Positions 1-14,912 of a DNA stretch of 64,000 nt are shown piece by piece; positions within the stretch are counted from its first letter, which is position 1, and each line of letters starts with the position of its first letter. The position numbers were made by a program, and so were the translations under genes. Under the pieces are notes generated by a model. The model did not search any database. It had not been told where the DNA came from and saw nothing but the letters and a program-made list of their open reading frames with translations. Source of the DNA: Trichosphaerium sp. ATCC 40318 (Eukaryota; Protista; Tubulinea); NCBI GenBank assembly GCA_038496445.1, contig JALMLS010000344.1, positions 248,001 to 312,000 of the forward strand. Direction: 5' to 3'.

Positions 1-2530
<2,530 letters not shown>

Positions 2531-2741
2531 AATATTGTTCTATTGATAAATGTAAAGTAAACTGTCAAAAAAATTCCACGCAAATATTCTTAAATTAAAG
2601 TCCGTCCCATGCCAAAACACGGAAAATTTAGCTCCTTGCGTTTTTTTAGATGAGAAATTCTGAGTCTTTTATGACAGTTTAAAAATCACGTGCAACACCA
2701 ACAAATTTGTAACCTTAATTAAAAAAACGCTGCGGAGACGA

Positions 2742-2763
2742 GAATTTGTCAGCTGACAAATTC
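2742..2763. repeat. 22-bp perfect palindrome GAATTTGTCAGCTGACAAATTC
   Basis: Read directly from the sequence; intergenic. Confidence 0.9.
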
Positions 2764-3377
2764 ACTTAGAACGTGAAACCCTAATGGAGTTTCCTGACTG
2801 GTGCAGAGAACTACTTGATCTGACTTATAAGTTTTATTTCCATAGACCTAGAACTGCTTTTAACAACCTAAGTTTTAAACCGAAAAAGTTGCTGCACGCG
2901 AAAACAGGTGCGTCACAGAAGCTTCCAAGTAACAAGGCGCAAACTACAATAATTTGATACCATCAGTTGCTTTTTCAATACCATCGGTCTAAAACTTGCA
3001 TCCCTTTACTCTACAACAAACTTTCGAAAACAATTCTGACTTTCGGCTAGTACTAGCGAAAGAGATAATTAAAAATAGCTAACGAAGTCGTAAGGAGTTT
3101 GCCTATTAACCCCTTTAACACCAACTACAACAGCAAGTCATAAGACGGAGTACCTGCCCGAAAAAAAGCCAACACCGAAAAACCCGCGGTGCGTACACAA
3201 AATTCAAATATTTGATTACTCGTTTTTTTTATTTATTGATAGACACCCATTACTCCATATGTACACCCAATATACATTCATTATTACAAAAATATTCTCC
3301 TTAAACCCACTTTCGTTTCGCGCCGTAAACGCGCACTCATAAAAACCAGGTATTTTAAATCATAACCTTCAACTTAC

Positions 3378-6300
3378 TTACTAATACAGTGTCAGGATGA
3401 GTAAACGTAGAAAAGGAGGTAAAAACAGCAACGTACGTAATCGCCTAAATCCGTCAAAGCCACCACGATTTCTGTTGCGGAGGGTCTCGACTTAGGGTCC
3501 ACTCGCGTACAGGCATCAATGAACTGCGGCAACAGTTAAATTTGCGTAAACGCAACTTGAAAGTAAAGGGCGTACGTTAATTATTGGTTGATATGGTCCA
3601 CGAAGCGCATCAGGTATCTAAATTGTATTTAGAAGCAATACTACCTAACATCTACTCACCTTTGGTAACGCCCCAGGGTAGTGTTCCTTTTTGCTGGAGT
3701 GATTGCCTTTGTGCTGCCTGAGAGTCGTTAGCGTATGATCTACAAAAAAGTTGGCGTGCCAATTCTGTATCTGCATCATTTGTCGTGGTAACTCCAGAGT
3801 TAGAACATTATTTAACAATACACCATAACTCCAAACTACAAAAAAAATTTGTTAAACATGCATGTCTACGCAAAAAACAACACTTACTATCTGCTTTTTC
3901 TGTGTATGCCGCATTAGACTGATTACCAATTACCTCTGGAGCCTTTTGAAATTATTAATGTTCTTACTGAGTTGGTAATGTCGTACAATAAAGCCTGGTG
4001 TCCCAACTACCGTTCTACATGCAGTGCCTGCTACAACTTTTGAAACACCCTATTATCTCGTTAGCTTGAGTGTTTGTTTAGCTTTCGTACAAAATCACAT
4101 AAAGCAACTCTGGGGAATCGCTTGGGCCCTTCCGATAGTGACACGAGAACATCTTGAAACAAACAAAGTGAGTAAAAATTCATTGGTTGAGAAAAATGGT
4201 GTCGCGTACTGTTACACTTAATATCACGGTGTACAATAGGAGGCTTCATGCTATGCAAGTATTTGAGTCCACGTGCAACCTGTGGAACGCTTAGCGACCG
4301 AAACCGAGTACAAGTAAATGACGTACGCCGAGTGCAATTTCTGCAATATGGGTCATAGCGAAGGGACGATTTGTCATTTGTTGTTGAACTACGCAACTGT
4401 GAAGGCTGTGCGGAATATATTCCATGAACAAGCGCAAGGTTTTTTCCCTTTGGTGGAGTGTCAACGAAATCTAAAAACTTAGTAGTCTCTTATAGTACCT
4501 TATTTCGTGTCCTAAATACGTAACAATGTTCTTGTGGCTCATTGATTCAAGAATTGTCACTTCCCTATCGAGAATATCATTCTCATGTTTGCTCAGCGTG
4601 ATAGGCTGTTGAAATGTTAGAAGCATGTCAAGAATAAAAGAAAAGACTAGTTGCGTACACGCTCAATAGACTTCACTGCACATGTAAATCCAGCGATAGT
4701 ACACCTATGATTGTTTAGCAAATGACATGCTTTATACATCTAACATACCTGTGCACTTGACCATATGTGCCTGAGCCAAGTTGCTCGTGGAATACAATAG
4801 TCGCCGTTTTGAAATCTGGCAATGGAACATATCTTTCTCGTGCTGGTGGAGGCGCAGGACCACACAACATACCGCCTGCGTGCGGTAGTGATGAACCACC
4901 AATGCCAAGTTCTATAGTTTGTTGAGTCAATATATCTTTGGAGTAAAGGATTTGTGCTTACTTGGACTGTTACCACGTTCTAAGCTTAGCATTGGTCGTT
5001 GTAGCTCCTGTGAACAAGTGCCATTCACAACAGGCTCTGTCACATTCACCCTTGTGTAACTTCGAGCCTACAAAATAGTTTATAGAAGCACAAAACAAAC
5101 AAAAGACATACCTTTTCAGAGGTCTCAGGGTACAGTGTTGTAGGATCATGCATCACGTCAACGACATAAAATTGGGAATTTAGATAAACAACATTCCACG
5201 CATGGCCAGCTGAACAAGTGTTAATACTAAGAATGACAACATACAAAACCAGAACGTACTTGCTGGCTCTCCATAGGAACCTTTCACGAGACGACATGGA
5301 ATACCGTTTCGATCCGCCAAGTACTTGAACAAAATCGCTCGATGACGGCACACGCCGTGCGTCACGCTTAAAGACAAGTTACGAAAATAATCTACAAATA
5401 CTCGCTTCTTACCATCCAATTGGCACAATATTTCTTCCAACAACTGTACGCACGTGTTGACATACAGCTTTGCTAAGCCTAGGCGCTAAGTTAGTCCGGT
5501 TTTTACGATTTTCGCAAAAACTGCTCGGCATTGACTTTTTTTTTTTACGATTAAAAGTCATTATCACGAAATTACAACCATGGCAGACTTAGCAAAAGGA
5601 CAAAAGTTATTTAAAAGCAAGTGCGCGCAATGCCACACTGTCCAAGAGGTACAGAATGGTCAAACAACTCACAAAGTCTCAAAAACGCTCTAAACGCTAC
5701 CACAATATGAAAATGAGTTTCTTCGTCACTTTGAGACAACAAAAAACAGATTTTGATGCAATTTTTGAGATCCAACAAAGATTTTAGGGTGCTCCAAGTG
5801 GTCAAGGACCAAACTTGTACGGTCTCTTCGGACGTACTTCCGGTACCGTAAAAAACTACAACTACAGTGTCGCCAACAAGAAAGCTGGTACTTGAACGCG
5901 TAATTTTTTCAAATGAACTCACCAATTGTCAAGGTGTCGTCTGGGAAGAAGACACACTCTTTGATTACTTGCTCAAGCCAAAGAAGTACATCCCAAAGAC
6001 AAAGATGAACTTTGGTGGTATCAAGAGCGCAAGCGTACGTTTTATAAAGGTTTTACAGCAAAGCGTCAAAAAAAAGAAAAAGGCGCTGAAAAAACAAAAA
6101 AAATGCTAAATGTTATCTTTTTTAGGACCGTAAAGACCTCATCGCTTGGTTGAAAGAGAACACTGGCCCACACGTTTAAGAATTTTCATCATTCTCCAAA
6201 TTTTTGTTGTTGCTGAAATAAATGGCGCACCCTTTAAGATTACATTCTGGTTTTATATCTTCAACTTGTGATCCACCCATCACGTTAGACACGTACATGG

Positions 6301-7766
6301 CGAGAGCCTTTATACGCGCCTCCAGGTCTTTGAATGCCTGCAAAAATCTCTCGGCGTTCTAATGGAAAAGTGAGTACGCATCACGCTAGTACGCGCTACT
6401 ATGCTTACCATAACGTGGTCTTTCAACCTGTTACAGAAAAGTTAGCGAAATTTACGTGTTACGTGCATACCTGCAGTCCTTTATCTCGTCGCAAAGGATA
6501 ATTTCGCGTTCTGGCCCCAAGTTCTCAGCTAGTACAGCCAGTTTTCTAAACTACAAACATCTTTTTTAACGAACAAATAATTACCTGAAAAAAATTATGC
6601 TCGGCAGTACCTCTTTGATGCTACGGCCTAGAAGTGTCACAGTAAGTAAAAAAAATTATCATTGTATCATTTTTATCAACGCACCTGGGTCATAGAAGCC
6701 ACAAAGCATGATTTCTTTTAGGTCAAGAACACCCTTACGGAAGAACTTTTTACTTTGCTCTAAACAGGGTTTTCTATTAGTGCACAAAAAGACATGTTTG
6801 CTTCTTACTTTCTGCAGGAGAAAAGGTTGTTTTGTCAATACGCCTAAATATCTCGTGCGCTGCATGTGAAATACTTTGTAACGTGTTGTCAGATGCATCC
6901 TCGACTAATTCCGGTGGTTAGTGACTTGAAGACAAAAAGCGGTTATTTACCGAACGCTTGTAAAGACCGTGAAGATTGCGGGCACAGTTGCTTGGGAGTA
7001 GCTCCAAAGTTGTTACGTGAGTGCCTGTCTGCTCCGAAGCTCAGTAGATCTCTAACAGCCTAACAGAAATTCAATACTGAGCGTTGAATTAACGTGTATA
7101 TTTCTACTTACTTGTACATTATCATTTTCTGCTGCCTAAATGCATAAGAGAGTCAGAATAACAACCATTTTTAGAAAAGCAATAAGTTTACCTTATGTAA
7201 CGCTGTATTACCACTCCAGGAGTTGCCTTGAGTGACTAGTTAGACTTGACATTTTCGTTTTACGTACGATGATTGATAATAATATCGGCACCATGCTTTG
7301 CGTAGTACAATATGAGCTTCAAAATTTCATTGTGATGTTTCTGAGCGCAAATAATGAGGCAGCTGTTACCTGAAATAAAAGTTGGTTAAATATTCACAAG
7401 TAGCCGTTACTATCGCTTAGCCGCACCTTCAGCAGATAGAGCGTTTAATTTTGCTAATGTAAGTAAGCTGACGAAAGCTGGAATTCTTTGTGGAAGGGAA
7501 TCTAAAAAAACAGTGTAACTTACCTCCTTTCGATATCAAGTATATAAAAATATCTATTTGGTTCTCTTCGCACGCTACGGCAAAATTTAGCGTATAACCT
7601 ATTACAGCGTTCATTCCTCACCTTGTAGCAAGAGAGTTGTTCTTTCTTGTTGAAAATAGTGGTTTACGCCAAGAGGGAAGCCAGCAAGCGTGTTTCGTAG
7701 AGTCGTTTTGTCTCCTTTCGAAATTGCGTTAAACAACACAGGTGTGGTTCTTTCAATCTGTATCAT
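3378..7766 (-). CDS. Ankyrin-repeat + EDR1-domain + Ser/Thr (TKL/Raf-like) protein kinase, multi-exon; hosts a nested gene in intron 5479-6230
   Basis: ATG at 7766 ([19 protein letters not shown]) precedes ankyrin exons. EDR1 motifs are [37 protein letters not shown] and HAWNVV. Kinase motifs LGSGTYG, CAVK, HRDIK, DFG, GTPGFIAPE are intact. Confidence 0.88.
5580..6179 (+). CDS. cycs: Mitochondrial cytochrome c (4 exons), nested antisense in a kinase intron
   Basis: Exons assemble as [23 protein letters not shown] / [19 protein letters not shown]...ANKKA / [34 protein letters not shown] / [17 protein letters not shown]. CxxCH heme motif and axial Met are present, with three GT-AG introns. Confidence 0.96.
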
Positions 7767-8041
7767 GCTTGGACGTTATAGAAGGGATTTTAGTGTAGAC
7801 TCTAAATGACTTTCTTATTAGAATTGGATTTAAAGCGACAGTTTGTAAAGGAAGGTTTCTTGCATACTAATTTGCCTAAAGTGTTTTCAATTCAGTGTAG
7901 AAAGTTTTTCCCGCGAAAAAAAGGTTGTTTGTGGTGTTTTTTTTCATGAAGTGAGACTTGTGCTGAACCACCTTCAGTATGCGCTGAAAAAGTTCGCCCG
8001 TGTAATTTTGGCGTTATTACTGTTTAACTTACATTGTACAA

Positions 8042-9332
8042 ATGGCTTCCAGCGGAATAGTTTTAGGGCTTGATGGTGGCGGTACTAAAACGAACGCGTG
8101 TTGTATCTCTGTGGACACAAAGCAAGTTCTAGCTACCGCAACAACTGGTGGTTCAAATCCAAATTCTGTTGGTGATGATAAAGCCAAAGACGCTGTTATG
8201 TCGTCCTTACACGAAGCGCTTCGCAAGGCCGGCATGGAGAAGGCTTCAGGTTCGCAAACGAGTTAAATATTTTGAAGTTTTCCTTCGTCTGACTTGTAAA
8301 TTGAACAATTTTGCTGTTTTTTAACACACTCGTTTAGTGAAGGCATTGTGCTTATGCATGGCTGGAGTTGACAGGCCAGACGATATAGCAAAAGTCAAAA
8401 AATGGGTTGCGACTGACTTTGCTGAGATACCGTGCGTACAACGTCATCATTGCAAAGTTGGTTGAACATTTTTTTAATTTTTATTTGTCACAAATGATTG
8501 TTTTGAATCTTATCATCGCTTGTAGTTGCTTTGTTTACAACGATGCAATCGCAGCGTTGACGACTGGCACAAAAGGAAAGTTAGAGGGCATCGTTACCAT
8601 TTCTGGCACTGGCATGATCACTGTAGGTTTTAGTCCTGGTTCTATGGAGCAATTACGAGCATCAGGGATGGGGTACGTCTTTTTATTATTTCAAAAGGTG
8701 TCATTTGGTATTCATGATTAATGGCAGACCTCTTCTTGGCGACCGTGGCAGCGGGTATGATATTGGAGTAGACCTCTTGCGCAAAGTCTGCGAGGCTGAC
8801 GTACGCTATCAGAGTGAGTGGCTTCATTTAAATATTAAACAAGCTCTAGGATGGTCGTGGTCCTAAAACTATTATGACATCAATGCTTTTAGAACACTTA
8901 AAGTTGTCATCGGTAATGGATTTAATTGGTTGGGCGTATGGAGATAAAGAGTGGTCAAGATTTGCTGCCCTCTCTAGAATTGTGTACAAGGCATACTCCA
9001 AAGGTGACGAGATGGCTGTTGAAGTTATAAAAGGAGCTGCCTCGGATTTGGCATGTAGTGTTATGGTAAGTTTTTTTTTGGACTTTTTTGACATTTTAAG
9101 TATTTATTCGTTGAGATAGGCAGTAGTAAAGAGATCTACCTACAAATTATCAGATGAGATTCCAGTCGTGTTTGCAGGTGGCAACTTAGAGCATGAGGGT
9201 AGTCCTTTGGCTGAATTAACAGAAAAGGCGCTCCGCGAAAAAGTGCCAAATGTTAAAATTTTAAAATGCACCACAGACTACTGCGTTGGTGCTGGTTTGG
9301 TTGCTATAACCAAATTGGACAGTACCAAATAA
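8042..9332 (+). CDS. N-acetylglucosamine kinase (BadF/BadG/BcrA/BcrD ATPase family)
   Basis: Motifs GLDGGGTKT, GSNPNSVG, MAGVDR, NDAIAAL, ISGTG, LLGDRGSGY and VFAGG; all introns are GT-AG and keep frame. Confidence 0.9.
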
Positions 9333-9459
9333 AAATACCACAAAAGTTTTTTGCTAAAGGTCAACGCAAAACCATTGAATCAAACGCGAATACGCTGGGA
9401 ATCATCTCACTTGCGCACGAATAGTTATTTGCGTGCTCTGTACGAACGTTTAGCGTGAA

Positions 9460-11990
9460 ATGTTGGGTTACCGGCTTTCTCGTGGCAGCCGAAGGCTAAC
9501 TACGCGAAAACAGTGCTCACAAGCTTTTGTAAAGGCTGTACTTCACGTACGCCACAAGTCTACACGATCAAGACAAGAAACACGAAAGGATAAAGCCACG
9601 GATGCAGAGATTGACGAACGCATTGTAAAAGAGACAGATGAGAGTATGAAATCACCTTGGCCAAAACCCAAAATACCAGAAGCGGTAGACGAGGAGGAGC
9701 CTAAGGAGTCACCATTGGCTGACATGTATGAAACAATGGGTTTGGGTGCGTTTTCTCACTGATTTGCTTCAAGTACGTAATTAACGCGTAGAAACGAACC
9801 TGAAGCCCAAAGGGAAGAACCAGCACCCTAGAAGCATGCTTGGAAAGGAGGTTACAGGATCTTTGACAGACAAACTGTCAACCCTGTCACATAGCGAAGC
9901 CGTATATATGAGCTTGAATCCCCAACCGCATAAGCTATCAGAAGACATTGCAAATGGTACCAAATTGTTTTTATTTGTCTTGTGACACTAACCGCTATCT
10001 CAGCGCCTATTCTCGCCTCAACGTTTATGGAAGAAATGCCAGTTGATAAATATGTCGTTGAAACAGTTGAACGTAAATTTGATATTGAAGAAGAAAGCTT
10101 ACAAGATTTTTTCCAATACAGAGGACGGTATGCTTTTTTTTTTAATTTTTTTTACAGCGTAGGTATGCCACTGAAAGTACTCACAACCTCTCTAGTGATG
10201 CCAAAAACTACACACGTTTTATTAGAGGCCAATCAGAACGAGGAAAGTACGCGTTTGATGCCATTGAAGACATGAAGGTAAACAAGAAAACTTTGCTTGT
10301 CATATTTTTTTCGAAAGTGCTTTTTTATTTTTGGTAAATCAGTTGCTAATATTCCTTCTTAGTTGCGCGGTATTAAGCGTAGAGTGCAACATTATACATC
10401 TTTAATGTATGCCTCAACAAAAAACGGAGAACCAAACCAAGCATTCGATATAATGGATAAGATGAAGCGTGATGGATTAGCACCTAACGTCTATTGTTAT
10501 GACATTGCTATCAATGCTTGTATAGCTGGTACGTTTTCAAAAACTTTTTTTTTACATTTCTGAGAAATGATCTAATACATCACAGCAAATCAACTCGATC
10601 GTGCTTTCTTTGTTGTAAATGCTATGATAAAAGAAGGTGTAGCATTGACACCTGTACCCTTTGCTTCACTTATCCGTGGATGTGTTGCTGAGGAAGATTA
10701 TCAACGTGCTTGGGAGACATATGAGCACATGTCAGTTTGGCATTGTAGTCCTGATCAAGTAGTTTATGCACTTATGATTCGTATTTGTGGTAAGCAAAAG
10801 AGACAAGAGAAAGCATTACAATTGTTCGATGTTATGCGCGAAATGAAAGTGTGGCCTGATGCTCACTGCTTTGATGCACTTCTTAATACATTGGATACTT
10901 GGGAACACTGCAAAGAAGCTTGGAATATTATGGAGACAATGAAGGAAGAGGGTTTCACACCTTCGTACTGGTCCATGATTGCTTTCATGAAAGCAGTAGC
11001 TAAAAGTGGTGATGTAAAGACTGCTGAACTTATGTACGATGAAATCATGCAAATGCCAGAAGCACAAAAACATGATCATGTACCTACTACATTGATGATA
11101 GCGTATTCAAATGCATTCAAGTACGGTTTACTTGTTACTCTTGTTGCTCAATCCACTAACATTTGTGTTTCAATAGGATAGAACCAAAGAAGCAAGAAGA
11201 TTACATTGCTAGAACTGAGACAGTCTTTGAACGATTACGAGACTCAGGACAGAAGATTACGATTCATGCTATGAACGCACGCCTGCGTGTATACACAGAA
11301 GCATATTGGCTTGATGACATGCTGGATGTTTTTAATGAATATGAGAAATATGGTATGTCACGTGACAAATCATGTGTTTTTATTTTTCTTTCGGTTGTAC
11401 TAATAGTTTTGTGATAGGTTTGAAGCATAATGTATCAACTTACAATGAACTTATTAAAGCATTTATGTGGTGTAAAGTTTGGGACAGAGGATTCGATATG
11501 TTTAATTATTTGAAAGCTGCAGGTGAGTTACTTTCTTAAAGACTGTTTACGTACTAATCACTGTACTATAGGCTTGGAACCTAATGAGCGTACGTACTGG
11601 TTCATGGTAGAGGGATGTACACGTACAAGACACTTGCAGAGTGCCATAAAGATTCTAGAAGAAATGCGTGCTAAAAAATTATATCCAAACTTTAGTAATA
11701 GATATGTAAAGAACCTAAGAGGTGTAGTCAAGAAATGGCCTGATTTACGTCTCAAGGTACTGACCTCTAGAATATATTTCTTGGTTTTTTTTTCTTTCTG
11801 TTCTACTCGGAGAACTAACGTTGTTATAAAGGTGGATGAGTTGACGTACAGGGTACACTTGGGTATACCTAGTTGGACCAAGCCTGGTCGTGGACGACAA
11901 ACAAGAAGTGAGTATCGTGAAGTTACCAAAGAAGAGTATATCAAACATCCTGAACCTCATTGGGATCAAGTTGCGAATACCATGCCCTGA
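9460..11990 (+). CDS. Pentatricopeptide-repeat (PPR) protein, probably mitochondrial
   Basis: Arg/Ser-rich N-terminal presequence (MLGYRLSRGSRRLTTRKQ) and repeated 35-aa motifs such as PNVYCYDIAINAC, PDQVVYALMIRICG, PNERTYWFMVEGC. Confidence 0.9.
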
Positions 11991-12165
11991 GCCAATTTTG
12001 TGTAAAATGTAAATATACTCAGCGCTTGTGCAAGCTTGTAGATTGTTTAGTTTGTTTCCACGTATTAGTGGCTTGTATGTCTTCGTTGTAGGTTAGGCAC
12101 AAGCGGAGAAAAGGGTGGATCAATTAAGTACTTGTAGATGGCTTAGCTGCCGTTATTTTTTGTTT

Positions 12166-13500
12166 ATGCTACTATCTGCCGCTCGTAGGTCTTCAAGGTA
12201 CATCTGACACGCTTTTTTTGCTTATTTAGATGACACTACAGGTTTTTGCATACTACAACAGCTCAAACGCCAACTATTACCATAAGGTGTACACATACCA
12301 AGTCACAGTCGAAATTATACCCTGGTTCGTTACATAACGATGTTATCTTTTCTAACGTTCATAAGGAGTCATGAAAGTCGTTCAAGTACCAGTCTTATCA
12401 GATAATTACGCTTATTTGTTAATTGATGAAGCTTCAAAAACATGTGCTGCTGTCGACCCTGCAGAACCTGACACAGTCATCAAAGTACCCTTGAAACGCG
12501 TATGACATCCATGTGTAACATTCTTTAGGCAGCAAAAGATAATGGCGTAACAATAAAAGCCGTTTTAACTACACATCACCACTACGACCATTCTGGAGGT
12601 AAGTTTTAAGATAAGGGACAAACAGAAGGGGTAGGGGAGTAACAAGGGAGAGCGAATAAAGTAACATTTGCTGACCAGAAACAATTAGGAAATGTAGACT
12701 TGATCTCAAAGATACCTTCAATACCTGTCTACGGCGGTGATGACAGAATCCCAAAGATGACAAACAAACTATCTGGAGGAGACACTTTTAAATTCGGTGC
12801 CTTGGACATTGAAGCTTTATTTACGGTATTTATTAATAAGAAGTTAATTCAATTTTTTGTTTCTCACTAAGAGCGTAGCCTTGTCACACTAGTGGTCATA
12901 TATGCTACAACGTACGCGGTAGAGATGGCCAGCCGCCTGCACTATTTTGTGGCGATACTCTATTCGTTGGTGGTTGTGGACGTTTCTTTGAAGGAACAGG
13001 AGAACAAATGAACCATGCATTGAATGAAGGTAAAGCATTTTTTTGAACAAATGTCTTTTTATCACGTGTAACAAACTACGGATGAAATTTCTTTATGACT
13101 ATTTTAGTTCTATTATCATTAATCATCCTCGCTAGTTCTTGGTAAATTAGATCCAAAAACAGAAGTATATTGTGGTCACGAATATACTGTTTCTAATTTG
13201 ACATTTGCTTTAAAAGTTGATGGAGACAATGCTGCATTGCAAGAAAAGTTTGCTTGGGCTAAAGCTCAACGTTCTAAAAAACTATCAACAGTACCTTCTA
13301 CTATTGCAGAAGAACTGTCTTTCAACCCATTTATGCGTGTACATACAAGTGCAATCAAAAAGTCATTGGTATGTTTTCACCTTTTTTGTAAAAAACACGT
13401 GTTTTTTTCCATAATTTATTCATTTTTACAGGGACTCACCGATGATACACCAGTCGCTAAGGTAATGAGCGAATTGCGTACAGCAAAGAACAACTCTTAG
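12166..13500 (+). CDS. Hydroxyacylglutathione hydrolase (glyoxalase II); core starts at ATG 12371, with a probable upstream mitochondrial presequence from 12166
   Basis: Motifs [29 protein letters not shown] (metallo-beta-lactamase), [26 protein letters not shown] and [14 protein letters not shown]. Confidence 0.93.
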
Positions 13501-13751
13501 TTGGCGACTTGTAACTCAATACTAATAAACCACATTGTTGAGTATTGTTGTACTGCCCTTTACAAAAAACAACATGTCGCCTTGCGTTTTGATAGATTTA
13601 GTGTCAATTTATAATACATATTTTTACAATATTGCTTATGGTTTTGGCGTCATACATAGTGTTACATCAATTACTCTCAGTGACTATAATATCCTTGGCA
13701 ATCTCATCTTTACGGTCTTCTTGCGCAACAAGTGTATATTGTTTTGGAGCT

Positions 13752-14780
13752 TTAGGCTCTCGAGTGGTGACCTAAGTTGATGTCATCGAGTAAGATATCT
13801 TTATAAATGCGTACATAAAGCGTAAGAATCAAACCAAAATAAGTCATCAATGCGGCAGTCACTTCTAAAACAAAAAAGTCACATTTTTTTTGGTTTTGTA
13901 TCAACAGTACCAAGTTTAAACCCAACTCCAGGTCCCCATGTATTGTAATACTCATAACTACGCGATCTCGACCAGAAACTATTACATGGCGTCCAAGACT
14001 CAGTCTGAAACAGAAGTAAGCAAAAAACACATCTTGACATTTGTGTTTTGAACACGTGTTCAAACGTGTTCGAGTGGTCAATAGCAAGGTTAAATAAGGA
14101 TAACGCATTCACTTACGATTGGACATGGTACCAAACTTCTACCAGTATCATAATCAGCCCTGGGTCACGTGTCAGTTTTAAAAACAATAAAACAAAAAAG
14201 GTCTTACTTTAATTTGCTAGGCAAAGCAAAAAATGCAAGAGGAGCCATTGTAACAAAAAGAGCTATCAAAGAACTATGAATAAGAAGAACTATTCTACCC
14301 CATCTTCCAAATCTAATACAGCGTCTGCCAGTGAAGTAAACTGCAGATACAAGCAAAAATAGCGTCTGTAGACCCAAACCAATCAAACAGAATATTTGAC
14401 ACACGAAAAACAACGATTTGACGTGCAGTTGATCGTGCCAATCAACCTTTTGAGGTATTAGTGAGAATAACGGACAAGAAATGCGTAAAATATGCGTTTC
14501 CACGCATAGGAGTAACCAAAAGCGTACCCAAACGTCTTGGTACACGTAACCGGATTGACTTGAATGTAAATGAACTCCTTTCCAGTTCCATAGCTTGTGC
14601 GATACTCTGCTGATGTTGTGCTCTTCGGAGAGAGTGTCATACCTACAGAATTAAATTTCATATGCTTTTTCCTTTTAAAAGTGCTCACCAATCAAGACAA
14701 TACGCTATTATAAGCACAAGCTCTGTAGTGGTATAAAAAAACAAAGCGAACGACGTAGCGTTACATATTTGCGCTGACAT
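13752..14780 (-). CDS. Multipass (probably 4-TM, claudin-like topology) membrane protein of unknown function
   Basis: ATG at 14780; hydrophobic segments such as LFFVCQIFCLIGLGLQTLFLLVSAVYF, IVLLIHSSLIALFVTMAPLAFFAL and a final TM after WGPGVGF; canonical introns. Confidence 0.6.
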
Positions 14781-14912
14781 GGTTGGTTCAACGCTCTTTG
14801 CAGTGTTAGAGCCTTACACCAAAAGGCCTACGTTATCTAAAACAAACAAAAAAAACTGACAAAAAAAAAAATAGGAATTCTGAAGACTGCTTTAAGTCAT
14901 TGTGGGGCTGCC

